DNA of 64,000 nt from Desulfobacterales bacterium (GCA_046483495.1 JAWODC010000074.1:32001-96000), one strand, 5' to 3'. Shown: positions 40,432 to 50,814, numbered from the stretch's first letter. A program made the numbers and translations. The notes: generated from the letters alone by a model not told the origin.

Positions 40432-42021
40432 TCAGGCCTTTTTGACCTCGGCTATCTCTCCCGGGCTGGGAACGAATACGGAAAACCCGTTTTCCGAGAG
40501 GAAATCTGCAAAGGACAACGCCTGGTCTTCTTCACCATGCACCAGCGCGATCCGCTTCACGTTAAGATTGGACTCCTTCAAGAACCGCAGCATGTCATTT
40601 TTATCGCCGTGGGCGCTGAACCCCCCCAATTTTCTCACACGGGCCCTTAACGGATATTCCTTATTGAGAAACCTGAGAATGGGCGGGCTTCCGTTTCGGC
40701 CGGATCTTTCATATTCCGTGCCCTGTTCGAGAATCCGTCTTCCCAGGGTGTTTTGGGCCATATACCCCACGATCAGAATCGTATGGCGTTCGTTGTGTAT
40801 TTTATACCGCAGGTGATGGAGCACCCTGCCGGCCTCACACATCCCCGATGCGGCAATCACGATATGGGGCTTTTCTTCCCGGTTTAGTGCCATGGATTCT
40901 TCGACCGAACCAATGTATCGAATTTCCTTGAAAACAAAGGGGTTCTTTTTCTGCTGAAGAAAGGTCTCATGGGTTTCCCTGTCGTAGATTTCGGGATGCT
41001 CGCCGAACACCGTCGTTAAATTGGTCGCAAGCGGACTGTCAACGTAAACCGGAAGCCTGGGAACAACGCCTTCGTTGTATAATTCATGCAGGACATAGAG
41101 AAGCTCCTGGGTCCTTCCAAAAGCGAATGAAGGAATGATAATCGATCCGCCACGTTCGACCGTCTCATTGATCATTTCGGCGAATGCCGGTTTCAGAGCA
41201 CCTACCGGCTCATGGACCCTGTTGCCGTAAGTGCTCTCTAAGATCAGCAAATCCAAATCCCGATCCGGCTCTTCAAAATCACGGTTTGGGTCCCGAATAA
41301 TCGGCTTATCGAATCTTCCGATATCACCGCTGTAGCCGATCTTGAACTCATGCCCGTTTTCATTGATCCGGAGAATGGAAAAAGCCGATCCAAGGATATG
41401 GCCGGCTTCATAAAAGGTAAGAGAAGCACCCTTTCCGATGGTGACCGGATAGCGATAGGGAATGCCTTCAAAATATCCAAGTGATTTTTCAGCATCGGCA
41501 ACCGTATAAATAGGCTCAACCTTTTCCAGGCGGTACTTGGAAATCATTTTGTTGATGATGTCCGTGTTCAACCGGTGCCCTTCACGCTTGAGTTTTTTCT
41601 TGAGTTTGTCATTTTCTTTCTTTTCGCCCTTTGACAAGCCCGAATCGGACTGTATCCGATTCAGGGCGGTCCTCAGGGTCTTGTAGTTAAGATAATCGGC
41701 ATCGGATTCCTGTATGTAGGCGGCATCCATCAGCAAATACGATGAGACATCCTCTGTAGCCCTGGTGCAGTAAATCCTTCCAAAGAACCGTTCCGATCGT
41801 ATCAGCATGGGGATGCGGCCGGAATGATCGATGTGACCATGGGACAACACGACATTGGTAATGATCTTCGGATCGAACGGCAGGACCCTGTTCTTTTCGG
41901 TCGATTCTTTCCGCTTTCCCTGAAACATTCCGCAATCCAGCAGAACTCTGTTTGGGCCGCTGCATACCATGTGCATGGACCCGGTGACTTCACGAACCGC
42001 TCCAATAAAAACCACCTCCAT
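40432..42021 (-). CDS. MBL/beta-CASP metallo-hydrolase (RNA-processing type)
   Basis: GAVREVTGS, DCGMFQG, SHGHIDHSG, AGHILGSA, ESTYG, FAFGRTQE, FSAH, VHGE; start near GGAGG (42021/42024/42027). Confidence 0.93.
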   Translation of the reverse strand: MEVVFIGAVREVTGSMHMVCSGPNRVLLDCGMFQGKRKESTEKNRVLPFDPKIITNVVLSHGHIDHSGRIPMLIRSERFFGRIYCTRATEDVSSYLLMDAAYIQESDADYLNYKTLRTALNRIQSDSGLSKGEKKENDKLKKKLKREGHRLNTDIINKMISKYRLEKVEPIYTVADAEKSLGYFEGIPYRYPVTIGKGASLTFYEAGHILGSAFSILRINENGHEFKIGYSGDIGRFDKPIIRDPNRDFEEPDRDLDLLILESTYGNRVHEPVGALKPAFAEMINETVERGGSIIIPSFAFGRTQELLYVLHELYNEGVVPRLPVYVDSPLATNLTTVFGEHPEIYDRETHETFLQQKKNPFVFKEIRYIGSVEESMALNREEKPHIVIAASGMCEAGRVLHHLRYKIHNERHTILIVGYMAQNTLGRRILEQGTEYERSGRNGSPPILRFLNKEYPLRARVRKLGGFSAHGDKNDMLRFLKESNLNVKRIALVHGEEDQALSFADFLSENGFSVFVPSPGEIAEVKKA

Positions 42022-42245
42022 CATCATCCTCCATTTGCGTGTCGATTTCCTGTCCCTCAGTTCCGCCAATCCGGGACAAGGGATGTTCACCGATTCTGAA
42101 GACTTGCCGGAAAAACGGTGAGAATTCGGAGAAAACGTTTCTGGCATTCGGCGAATGCGATACACCCCGATTGCATTCGATTTTCACCCGGCATATGCAG
42201 GTGAAACAATTCGGCGCAAAACGTGTACTCAACATCGCACTTATC

Positions 42246-42390
42246 GGTGTCCATCCGGAAATGAGAACATTCGATTCCGTTCAAGACGGCCGGGAAATTT
42301 TAACCGCGGGTTTACATTGAGTATTTTGAGGATTAAAATTACCCGGCCAACGCCGAAATGGAGCGAATCAGCCATTTCTGGATGGGCTCT
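42246..42390 (+). repeat. ~145-bp multi-stem hairpin repeat, intact copy 2
   Basis: GGTGTCCATCCGGAAATG...GTTCAAGAC...GAGGA...CAACGCCGAAAT...CATTTCTGGATGGGCTCT; inner stem 42288-42303/42333-42348. Confidence 0.85.
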
Positions 42391-42535
42391 ATTTAGAATC
42401 TCTCCCTATAACAATTGCCTGATACACCTGTCAACATTGCGGAACGGCAAACGAAGGCTACCGTTTTCAACCGGCACCAGGCCTCATGGAAAGGTTATTT
42501 TTTTACCGGACATCCCGTTGATTTTATGGTAGAAG

Positions 42536-42568
42536 AAAAAAGCCGGGCGGTCCGGCGGCGGCTTTTTT
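42536..42568. terminator. Bidirectional intrinsic terminator-like hairpin
   Basis: AAAAAAGCCG-N13-CGGCTTTTTT. Confidence 0.55.
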
Positions 42569-42612
42569 GCATGCAGGCGGTTGATCAATTGAAAGAACTC
42601 TCGGGAAGGGAT

Positions 42613-42918
42613 ATGAACAGAAGAAGATTCAACAGCATCGCTTTTTTTTGGCTTATCACGGGATTTTCCGTGTTTTCCGCCTATATCGCCTATATCGCCG
42701 GTGGAATCGCTCTTGAATCCAAAGAAGGGACCCTGCTTTTTGGATTTTTATTGCTGTTGTACCTGTGCTGGTTCATTTACGATTCCTTCGTGGATATCAC
42801 CGCATCCCTAAAAGATTCCGTCACCTTGAATCTAACCCGCAATCCCGCGGTGTGGGCCATGTACTGCTACTGGATTGCTTTTCTGATCCTGCCGATCGTG
42901 TACGGTTTAGTCACCTGA
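42613..42918 (+). CDS. Small hypothetical membrane protein (3 TM)
   Basis: MNRRRF then three hydrophobic segments; GGAAGGG upstream. Confidence 0.7.
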   Translation: MNRRRFNSIAFFWLITGFSVFSAYIAYIAGGIALESKEGTLLFGFLLLLYLCWFIYDSFVDITASLKDSVTLNLTRNPAVWAMYCYWIAFLILPIVYGLVT

Positions 42919-42961
42919 AATGCCTCATTTTCATAATTGCAGGGAAAATGACATACGGTTT

Positions 42962-43522
42962 TCAAGACATCCCATCCGGAAGCTGCCAATGAACGGGCGG
43001 ATTACCCGGAATGATTGCTGCAATATGGCCGTTGAAATATACATGCTCCACTTCGAACAGCAGGCTGTTGTACCGAAGGGCCAGGCGGCGGTCATCCGGT
43101 ATATGGGTGACACGGCAGTTCAGCATGTCACGGAGTCCGGTGCCGTGAAGTTTGATCAACGCCTCTTTTGCCGTCCAGAATCGGTAAAACGTGACATACG
43201 GTCCGGCATTTGACAATTCCCATTCCGCTTCGATTGCCACCTTTCTGAACAGGCCGGGGTGGCACGGTTTTATTTCCTCCAAGTCGAGCCCCACCGGATC
43301 GGCCGAAACGACCCCGCCGACAAAGGACGGCTTATGGGTGATGCACCAGTAACAGCCGTTTGACGGAATCGGCACCCCATCGGCGTCCTTTATCAATTCC
43401 CCAAGAACCACGCCGCTCGATGCGGCGGAAACAGCCAAGGCTTTTCTGGCATGACGGCTTAAGCATACCACCCGCTCGTTTGGCGGCAGCTTCCGCTTCC
43501 TTTCGGGGAAACGGTGAATCAC
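42962..43522 (-). CDS. 4'-phosphopantetheinyl transferase (Sfp type); start uncertain (ORF open to 43600)
   Basis: GVP, ITH, VGLDLEE, FWTAKEALIK..GTGL. Confidence 0.85.
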   Translation of the reverse strand: MIHRFPERKRKLPPNERVVCLSRHARKALAVSAASSGVVLGELIKDADGVPIPSNGCYWCITHKPSFVGGVVSADPVGLDLEEIKPCHPGLFRKVAIEAEWELSNAGPYVTFYRFWTAKEALIKLHGTGLRDMLNCRVTHIPDDRRLALRYNSLLFEVEHVYFNGHIAAIIPGNPPVHWQLPDGMS

Positions 43523-43535
43523 CGGATGTAAGGCC

Positions 43536-45716
43536 TTACCTGCGATTTTCTTCCTCCCCGGATGCCAGGATAATCCTGCAGTCCGCGACCGTGGCGCCAC
43601 TTCCTTCCGAATGAACCAGCAGCGGATTCACATCCATCTCTTTGATCTCCGGATGGTTTTCGGCAAGATCCGACAATCGGACCATGGTGCGAACGAGCTC
43701 CTCCATGTCCGCCCTGGGCTTGTTTCTGAACCCCTCCAGAAGCTTGATGGATCGAATGGATCGGATCATTCTTCGGGCTTCGTTTCGTTGAATGGGCGCA
43801 AAGCGGAAAGTCACATCCTGAAGAACTTCCACAAAAATGCCGCCTAATCCGAACATCAGCAGCGATCCGAATACCGGATAATCATTAATCCCGACGATAA
43901 TTTCATCCCCCGAGGGCGCCATTTTCTGGACGATCACGCCGTCGATTACCGCCTCGGCATGATACGCTTTTGCCGCGTCGATAATTTCGCCGAACACCGC
44001 CTTGACGCCTTCGTTTGAGGTCACATTCAATTTAACGCCGCCGGCATCGGACTTGTGGATAATCTGCTCTGATGATATTTTCATGGCCACGGGGAAACCG
44101 ATTTCTTCGGCCAATCGGCATGCTTCGTCTTCATCGGCGGCCAGCCGCGTAGGCAGCACCGTAAACCCATAGCATTCAAGAATTTGCGTGCCTTCCACTT
44201 CACCCAGCCGCAACTTGTTTCTATCCAGACACCCTTTGATAATATCCGCAGCCCGCCGGGTGTCGTGTGTAAAAGAGAAATGGGCCAGGTGTTGACGGTT
44301 CAGCCAGTTGGCGTATTTATACAGGACGCCGAACGCTTTTGCCGCCTCTTCGGGAAAGCGAAACACCGGTATGCCCTGCTCCTGGAGGTATTTCACGCCG
44401 GCGGATACGTCAACGATGCCCATGAAAGAGCACAATATGGGTTTATGGGATCTTCGGGCGATTCGTGCAATGGCCTTGGCCGTTTCAAGCGCATTCGTCA
44501 TGGACTGGGGTGTCAGTATGACCAGGGCGCCGTCCACCCCCTCATCGCGGATGACGGCCCATAAAGCGTTTTCATACCTTTCGGGGGCGGCATCGCCGAT
44601 AATATCCACGGGATTCGTCAGGTTGGCCGTTCTCGGCAGATGACTGGCCAGTGCTTCAACCGTGTCGGGCCTGAACTCGGACAGCCGAAGCCCGGAAGTC
44701 ACTGTCATATCCGTGGCCACGATACCGGGACCGCCGGCATTCGTGACAATGGCCACCCGGTTGCCGTCCGGCACTTTCCTCCTGTATTTGCCCAGAGCGC
44801 TCTCGTTTTTGTAGGCAAATACACCGGCATAGTCGAAGAGTTCGTTGATGGTGTTGATGCGAATAATGCCGGCCTGTTGAAATATGGCATCGTAAACCCC
44901 TTCCGATCCGGCCAGTGATCCGGTGTGGGATGCGGCGGCTCGTGCTCCGGCGGTCGTCCGTCCGGATTTAATGGCCAGGATCGGCGTGGGCCGATCCCCG
45001 GAAGTAATATCCTTCACCTGATCGATGAACTCCGCGGCCTTACGGCGCAGTTCTTCCAGATAGATCATGATGACCTCGGTATCCATATCGCGATGCAGGT
45101 AATTGAGAAGATCGAGTTCATCCACATCGGCTTTATTGCCGATGGAAATAAATTTTGAAAACCCGAAATCGCGGTCCGCGGCAAAGTCCAACACGGCCGT
45201 GCATAATGCACCGCTCTGAGAAATGAACGAAATATTACCCGCCTTCGGCATGCGTGTCGAAAAACTGGCGTTCAGCCTGACCTCGGGCAGTGGGTTGATC
45301 ACCCCGAGACAATTGGGGCCCACCAGTCGAATGCCGGCCTCTTTGCAAATCGCAACGATTCGGTTTTCAATATCCTGCCCTTCCGGGCCCACCTCCCGAA
45401 AGCCCGCCGAGACGATTACGATACCCTTCACCCCTTTTTCAGCCGACTCCTCTACCGCCTTTAATGCGTATTGAGGAGGCAATATCAGCATGGACAGGTC
45501 CAGTTCGTCCGGTATGTCAAGAATCGAGGGGTAGGCCTTTACACTCAGAACGGATCTTGCAGACGGGTTGACCGGATAAAGTGTGCCGGTAAACCCGCCT
45601 CTCAGTATGTTTTCGAATATGTCATGCCCCACTTTTCCCGGCGTTTTGGAAGCCCCGACAACAGCCATGGCCTTGGGCAGGAAAATAGCGTTCAGATCTC
45701 CCATAGTATTCCTCAT
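43536..45716 (-). CDS. ADP-forming acyl-CoA synthetase, fused alpha-beta (CoA-binding + ATP-grasp)
   Basis: VGAS, GPNCLG, SQSGA, SHTGSLAG, TNAGGPG, IGFPVAMK, HKSDAGGV, EMDVNP. Confidence 0.93.
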   Translation of the reverse strand: MRNTMGDLNAIFLPKAMAVVGASKTPGKVGHDIFENILRGGFTGTLYPVNPSARSVLSVKAYPSILDIPDELDLSMLILPPQYALKAVEESAEKGVKGIVIVSAGFREVGPEGQDIENRIVAICKEAGIRLVGPNCLGVINPLPEVRLNASFSTRMPKAGNISFISQSGALCTAVLDFAADRDFGFSKFISIGNKADVDELDLLNYLHRDMDTEVIMIYLEELRRKAAEFIDQVKDITSGDRPTPILAIKSGRTTAGARAAASHTGSLAGSEGVYDAIFQQAGIIRINTINELFDYAGVFAYKNESALGKYRRKVPDGNRVAIVTNAGGPGIVATDMTVTSGLRLSEFRPDTVEALASHLPRTANLTNPVDIIGDAAPERYENALWAVIRDEGVDGALVILTPQSMTNALETAKAIARIARRSHKPILCSFMGIVDVSAGVKYLQEQGIPVFRFPEEAAKAFGVLYKYANWLNRQHLAHFSFTHDTRRAADIIKGCLDRNKLRLGEVEGTQILECYGFTVLPTRLAADEDEACRLAEEIGFPVAMKISSEQIIHKSDAGGVKLNVTSNEGVKAVFGEIIDAAKAYHAEAVIDGVIVQKMAPSGDEIIVGINDYPVFGSLLMFGLGGIFVEVLQDVTFRFAPIQRNEARRMIRSIRSIKLLEGFRNKPRADMEELVRTMVRLSDLAENHPEIKEMDVNPLLVHSEGSGATVADCRIILASGEEENRR

Positions 45717-46591
45717 CGTGCATGTTTTATTTTCACGATTTCATCATAGACCGCCTGCTTGGACATTCCCAGCTTTTCCGCAATTTGTTTTGACATGACC
45801 GCCGGCTTTGCATCTGTTCCATCCAGTGCGGCGACGATTTCCTCTCTCAGGGATGATCGGGCATCCGTTCTGTCGTCACCTCCGTCGATTACCAGCGTAC
45901 ATTCTCCTTTTACACCGCCCCTTTTTTCCAACTTCGTCAAAATTCCGGAAAGCGGACCCCTGATAAACTCTTCATGCGGTTTTGTCATTTCTCTGGCCAG
46001 TACGGCATTGCGGTCTTCCAACGCATCGATCAGTTCAGCCAAAAGCGCCATAATGCGTCGAGGGGATTCATAGAGAATGTGGGTTCTGCGGTCATTTTTC
46101 ATGGCCCGGATCTGCTCGAGGCGCCTGTTCTTTTTTCGATCGAGAAAACCGATAAACACGAATGCGTCTGTGGCCAAACCGGAGGCGGTCAGTGCCGTCA
46201 CAAGGGCGGAAACCCCTGGAATCGGGACGACGGGGATGCCGTTTTCAAGCGCTTTCTTGACCAGCCGATACCCGGGATCCGAAACCATGGGTGTGCCGGC
46301 TTCGGAAATCAGGGCGACAGCAGCGCCCCGTTTCAACCGATCGATCAATCCCGGCGCTCGCTTATCCTCGTTGTGATCATGATAGGAGATCAGGCGGTTG
46401 CCGATCGTGTAAAATTTTAAAAGTGCCGCCGCATGACGGGTGTCTTCGGCAGCGATGATATCCACGCACCTCAATATGTCAAGAGCACGCAGGGTGATAT
46501 CCGCCATATTGCCGATGGGGATTGCGACAATATACAAATGCCCAGGCTCCGGTGTCGATCCTGCTTTATCCGTAGGGGATTTCAAACGCAT
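45713..46591 (-). CDS. rsmI: 16S rRNA (cytidine1402-2'-O)-methyltransferase
   Basis: PIGNMADIT.RA, AEDTR, SEAGTP.VSDPG, YESP.R, REMTKPHEE, KGE. Confidence 0.95.
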   Translation of the reverse strand: MRLKSPTDKAGSTPEPGHLYIVAIPIGNMADITLRALDILRCVDIIAAEDTRHAAALLKFYTIGNRLISYHDHNEDKRAPGLIDRLKRGAAVALISEAGTPMVSDPGYRLVKKALENGIPVVPIPGVSALVTALTASGLATDAFVFIGFLDRKKNRRLEQIRAMKNDRRTHILYESPRRIMALLAELIDALEDRNAVLAREMTKPHEEFIRGPLSGILTKLEKRGGVKGECTLVIDGGDDRTDARSSLREEIVAALDGTDAKPAVMSKQIAEKLGMSKQAVYDEIVKIKHAR

Positions 46592-46937
46592 TTTTCACGA
46601 TTTCAATTTGGGGGTCGGCACCCGAATTCAGGATGGTCACCACATCGAACCGGGCTCTTTTGTTCATCTGATCGGTCATTTTCAAATAAAACAATGCCGT
46701 CAAAGCGATCTTTTCTTTCTTTTTGCGGGTTATTGAAAATTTCGGGTCGCCGAACCGGGTGGAACGCCGGGATTTGACCTCGACAAACACGAGCGTGTCG
46801 CGGTCTTTGGCGATAATATCGATTTCACCGGTGAGCGTCTTATAGTTGGTCTCGAGAATTTTATACCCCCTCCGCTTCAGGAGTTTCGAAGCCAACATTT
46901 CGCCTTTTTTACCGAACCGCTGGTGTGCATTCAGCAT
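46566..46937 (-). CDS. yraN: YraN-family protein (UPF0102)
   Basis: G..GE..A, GEIDIIA, LVFVEVKSR, RFDVV. Confidence 0.93.
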   Translation of the reverse strand: MLNAHQRFGKKGEMLASKLLKRRGYKILETNYKTLTGEIDIIAKDRDTLVFVEVKSRRSTRFGDPKFSITRKKKEKIALTALFYLKMTDQMNKRARFDVVTILNSGADPQIEIVKNAFEIPYG

Positions 46938-46955
46938 GTCCGCCCTTCTTTACGA

Positions 46956-47345
46956 TCATGTGTTTTCCAGCACATGGCTGTCCGGAACAAAACACGTGAA
47001 TTCGCCGCTGAATACCGGTTCACCGTTTCGGCAAACGGTCACTTTTACCATCCGCTTTTTACCCCGGGTTTCCGTCACGCCGGCTTCGGCCACCAGATCC
47101 TGACCGACCGCAACCGGTTTTAAAAACTTCACATCCGCGCTTCCGAGCACCACATGTGGATGATTCACCGCGATCATGGCCGCGTAATCCGCCATCCCGA
47201 AAACGAAGCCCCCATGCACAAGGCCCTGTTCATCCGCCGCCATCTCCTGAACGGTTTTTAAGGTGACGCGGCTGTAACCGTTTTTCGTCTCCACCGGATT
47301 GCCGCAAAGACGATTGTCGATTTCTCGATGGGTGGCGATTTTCAT
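46956..47345 (-). CDS. PaaI/hotdog-fold thioesterase
   Basis: GLVHGGFVFGMADYAAM, FLKPV. Confidence 0.88.
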   Translation of the reverse strand: MKIATHREIDNRLCGNPVETKNGYSRVTLKTVQEMAADEQGLVHGGFVFGMADYAAMIAVNHPHVVLGSADVKFLKPVAVGQDLVAEAGVTETRGKKRMVKVTVCRNGEPVFSGEFTCFVPDSHVLENT

Positions 47346-47420
47346 GTCGGCCTTTTATTCCTTTTTTATCCGGCGACGCATTCCTCAAGGTTCAATTGAT
47401 ATGATTATACTAAGTATTTC

Positions 47421-47449
47421 TTGACAAAATAGCAACGTGAATTTAGAAC
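47421..47449 (+). promoter_or_regulatory. Putative sigma70 promoter for ihfA
   Basis: TTGACA-N17-TAGAAC; a minus-strand TATAAT at 47409-47404 may serve the divergent operon. Confidence 0.45.
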
Positions 47450-47611
47450 GTGCTGAATTTACAGGATCCCACGTATGGATGGCCGGAAAGCCGGCTGAAA
47501 TGAGCGGCGGGGCATAGGATCGAACGGGACAACACGTCAAGACCTGTAAATTGCTCATAGCGTGTCGAAACGATTCAATCGGCCCAAAAAAGATTTAAGG
47601 AGTTTTAGGTA

Positions 47612-47896
47612 ATGACGCTTACAAAGTCTGACATCGTGGCTAATCTCACGGACGAACTCAACCTGTCCCGAAAGGCGGGAACGGAAATTTTAGAAACTCT
47701 GCTTGAAATTATCAAAAAAAATCTTGAAAATGGAGACGATGTTCTCGTCAGCGGGTATGGAAAGTTCTGTGTAAAGGAAAAGACCCCCCGGCGGGGCAGA
47801 AATCCATCCACAGGCGAAGATATGACGCTGCCCAAACGCAAAGTCGTAGTTTTCCGATGTTCTCATATACTGAGGGAAAAGATCAACGGCGGCTGA
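47612..47896 (+). CDS. ihfA: Integration host factor subunit alpha
   Basis: MTLTK, SGYGKF, RRGRNPSTGE, VVVFR.S..LREKIN. Confidence 0.9.
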   Translation: MTLTKSDIVANLTDELNLSRKAGTEILETLLEIIKKNLENGDDVLVSGYGKFCVKEKTPRRGRNPSTGEDMTLPKRKVVVFRCSHILREKINGG

Positions 47897-47932
47897 TCGC
47901 CGCCACGTTTTCGGCAGCAGGAGACCGGCCCG

Positions 47933-48484
47933 ATGAACGTTTCCGACTTGGATGAAAGCGCCCGCAGTTTTTTGATGCGCCTTAACGATGTCACCGGCGG
48001 CGATGCATCGAAAACCGTATCGATGTATGATATCGGGGATAAGGAGGGCTTGGATAGGGAAACGGCCGCCAAGATTGCGGAAATTCTTATCGGCAATCAA
48101 CTGGCCTCCATCAAAACCCTTGCCGGAGGAATCGGCATTACGGAAACGGCGCTTAATGAACTCGCCGAAATGGAGCATGGGACATCCGCAACCGAGCACC
48201 GGCATTCCCTTTCCGGTTCGCTGATGATCGATGACGCCGATCGCGAGGCGCTTGAGTCCATCCTCAATGCATTGAAATGCCGGATCAATGACTTGGAACT
48301 CGAATTTGACGCACTGGCCGGTCTGATGGCGGATATCAGAACGGTCGATATGCAGTTGACGTCTCCCTCTCCTCGAACCGCCGTCATCCGCGAATGCTTC
48401 ATTTCCATCCATGGACGGCTTGCCGAAAGCAAGCAAAGCGGCCTGCGTGAGCCAATCACCGACCTTTTAGGGGGCGAGCCTTAA
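47933..48484 (+). CDS. Hypothetical protein
   Basis: 183-aa ORF with AGGAG RBS, co-oriented with ihfA; possible wHTH-like N-half. Confidence 0.7.
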   Translation: MNVSDLDESARSFLMRLNDVTGGDASKTVSMYDIGDKEGLDRETAAKIAEILIGNQLASIKTLAGGIGITETALNELAEMEHGTSATEHRHSLSGSLMIDDADREALESILNALKCRINDLELEFDALAGLMADIRTVDMQLTSPSPRTAVIRECFISIHGRLAESKQSGLREPITDLLGGEP

Positions 48485-48493
48485 ACGAAAAAA

Positions 48494-48778
48494 TCACGAT
48501 CGGCCATAGAAAGCACCGGCCAGGACCCAAATTCCCACTGCAACAAATGCAATCCCCGCCCCGGCCCTGATGTACTGTTCCGGAATCCACCGGCTTACAG
48601 CCGCACCCGCCAGGACCGCCAGCAGCGAGCTCAGTACCAGGGCCCCGGCGGAACCAATGAAAACCGCAACCTTCGAGCCGCTCTCGGCTGACAGCGCCAA
48701 GGTGGCCAGCTGGGTTTTATCGCCAAGCTCCGACAAAAAAACAAGGCCGAATGTCGTCATGAGGATTTTAAAGTCCAT
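48494..48778 (-). CDS. TMEM165/GDT1 (UPF0016) half-size membrane protein
   Basis: ELGDKTQ motif, 3 TM. Confidence 0.9.
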   Translation of the reverse strand: MDFKILMTTFGLVFLSELGDKTQLATLALSAESGSKVAVFIGSAGALVLSSLLAVLAGAAVSRWIPEQYIRAGAGIAFVAVGIWVLAGAFYGRS

Positions 48779-48792
48779 CTCTACATTACCAC

Positions 48793-50814
48793 CTATTGTT
48801 TTTTCAAAAGGTCCGTTGCCGCCTTTACGATATGCTCCGGTGTAAAACCGAATTTCTTCAGCACCTCACCGCCCGGTGCGGACGCTCCGAATGTTTCGAT
48901 ACCGACGACCGCCTCCTCACTGCCCGTATATTTTCCCCATCCCATGGATATGCCCGCTTCGATTGCCAACCGGACCCTTGCCTTCGGCGGCAGAATGCGT
49001 TTCTTGTAGCCTTCGGACATTTTTTCGAAAAGTTCCCAACTCGGCATGCTCACAACCCGGCAGGCGATCCCTTTTTCCGCCAGAAGATCTTTTGCCGAAA
49101 GGGCGATATGCACCTCCGAACCCGTGGCAATCAGAATGATGTCCGGTTTGCCGGGTGAGTCGGACAGCACGTAGGCGCCCCGTTCCAACCCTTTGTCCGC
49201 ATTGCTGTTTTCCAGGATGGGAAGCTTTTGGCGGCTTAACAGCAGCGCAACGGGACCATTGGTGATTTTCAGCGCCTTTTGCCAGGCCTGGGCCGTTTCA
49301 ATGGCATCGGCCGGACGGATGACGGTCAGGTTCGGAATCGCGCGCAACGAGGCGATATGCTCGATCGGCTGATGTGTCGGTCCGTCTTCGCCTACGGCCA
49401 CGCTGTCATGGGTGAAAACGTAAATCACCGGCAGTTTCATAATGGCCGCCACGCGTATGGCCGGCCGCATGTAATCGGAAAAAACGAGAAATGTTCCGCC
49501 ATAGGGGCGGATGCCGTTGTGCAGGAACATACCGGACATGATTGCGGCCATGGCATGTTCGCGGACCCCGAATCGAATATTCCGGCCCTCGTATGTGTCT
49601 TTTTGGAATTCGGCCGGGCCCTCGAGATAGGTCTTGTTCGAGGGTGCCAGGTCCGCCGACCCTCCGACCAGCGTGGGAAGATTCTTTGCAATGGCGTTTA
49701 AAACCTTCCCCGAAGCCGCCCGAGTGGCGATCGGAGCGTCGGACGGTTTGAAATCAGGAATATCCCTGTTCCAGCCGTCCGTCAAATAACCGCTCACGGC
49801 ATCCGCCCATTGGACCGCCTTGTCAGGAAAGGATTCGCGGTATTCATCGAACGTTTCCTGCCATGCCGCCTCGGCTTTTCCACCCCGTTCGATGCTTTGC
49901 CGGAAAACAGCCAGCGCTTCCTCCGGCACCGCAAAAGAGGCATCTTCAGGCCATCCGAGGTTTTTCTTCGTAAGGCGCACCTCCTCTTCACCCAGTGGTG
50001 CGCCGTGAGCATCCGCCGAGCCCTGCTTGTTGGGACTGCCGTGTGCAATATGGGTTTTGACTATGATCAGGGAAGGTTTTTCGGTATCCGCCCGTGCCTC
50101 TTCGATGGCCTTTGCAATCGCATTCACATCGTTGCCGTCATAAACGGTGATCACCTGCCATTTATAGGCGGCAAACCGTGTGCCCACGTCTTCGGAAAAG
50201 GTGATATCCGTGGGTCCTTCGATGGAAATCTCGTTGTCGTCATAGATGCATATCAGCTGAGACAGGCCCAAATGGCCGGCCAGTGAAGCGGCTTCCGAAG
50301 AAATGCCCTCCATCATATCGCCATCACCGCACAGGACGTATGTATAGTGATTGACGATCTCATAAGGCGGACGGTTAAAGCAAGCGGCCAAATGCCGTTC
50401 TGCAATGGCCATGCCGACGGCATTCGCAATGCCCTGCCCTAAAGGCCCGGTGGTGGTTTCGACACCGGGGGTGTGTCCGAACTCCGGATGCCCCGGGGTA
50501 TTGCTCGCCCATTGTCTGAAATTTTTCAGGTCATCGAGGCTTACGCCGTATCCGGTCAAATAAAGCAGGCTGTAAAGCAGCATGGAGGCATGGCCGCACG
50601 AAAGAACAAATCGGTCACGGTCCAGCCATGCCGGGTTTTCCGGATTATGCTTCAGAAATCGTGTCCACAGGACATAGGCGGCCGGCGCCAATCCCATGGG
50701 CGCACCCGGGTGGCCGGAATTCGCCTTCTGAACGGCATCCATGGATAAGGTCCGGATCGTGTTGATGCATAAATCGTCGATGCCCGCGTCAGCAGGCATT
50801 GTGTTGTATGTCAT
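48793..50814 (-). CDS. tkt: Transketolase
   Basis: [43 protein letters not shown]. Confidence 0.98.
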   Translation of the reverse strand: MTYNTMPADAGIDDLCINTIRTLSMDAVQKANSGHPGAPMGLAPAAYVLWTRFLKHNPENPAWLDRDRFVLSCGHASMLLYSLLYLTGYGVSLDDLKNFRQWASNTPGHPEFGHTPGVETTTGPLGQGIANAVGMAIAERHLAACFNRPPYEIVNHYTYVLCGDGDMMEGISSEAASLAGHLGLSQLICIYDDNEISIEGPTDITFSEDVGTRFAAYKWQVITVYDGNDVNAIAKAIEEARADTEKPSLIIVKTHIAHGSPNKQGSADAHGAPLGEEEVRLTKKNLGWPEDASFAVPEEALAVFRQSIERGGKAEAAWQETFDEYRESFPDKAVQWADAVSGYLTDGWNRDIPDFKPSDAPIATRAASGKVLNAIAKNLPTLVGGSADLAPSNKTYLEGPAEFQKDTYEGRNIRFGVREHAMAAIMSGMFLHNGIRPYGGTFLVFSDYMRPAIRVAAIMKLPVIYVFTHDSVAVGEDGPTHQPIEHIASLRAIPNLTVIRPADAIETAQAWQKALKITNGPVALLLSRQKLPILENSNADKGLERGAYVLSDSPGKPDIILIATGSEVHIALSAKDLLAEKGIACRVVSMPSWELFEKMSEGYKKRILPPKARVRLAIEAGISMGWGKYTGSEEAVVGIETFGASAPGGEVLKKFGFTPEHIVKAATDLLKKQ

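Noticed and set aside
42971..42981. CCCATCCGGAA matching the repeat arm
   Set aside because: 11-nt match inside the PPTase 3' end with no partner arm or internal motifs; could be chance
47450..47565. c-di-AMP, c-di-GMP riboswitch or hammerhead upstream of ihfA
   Set aside because: Only short words match (GCTGAAT, CTGA..TGAG); core consensus elements are missing
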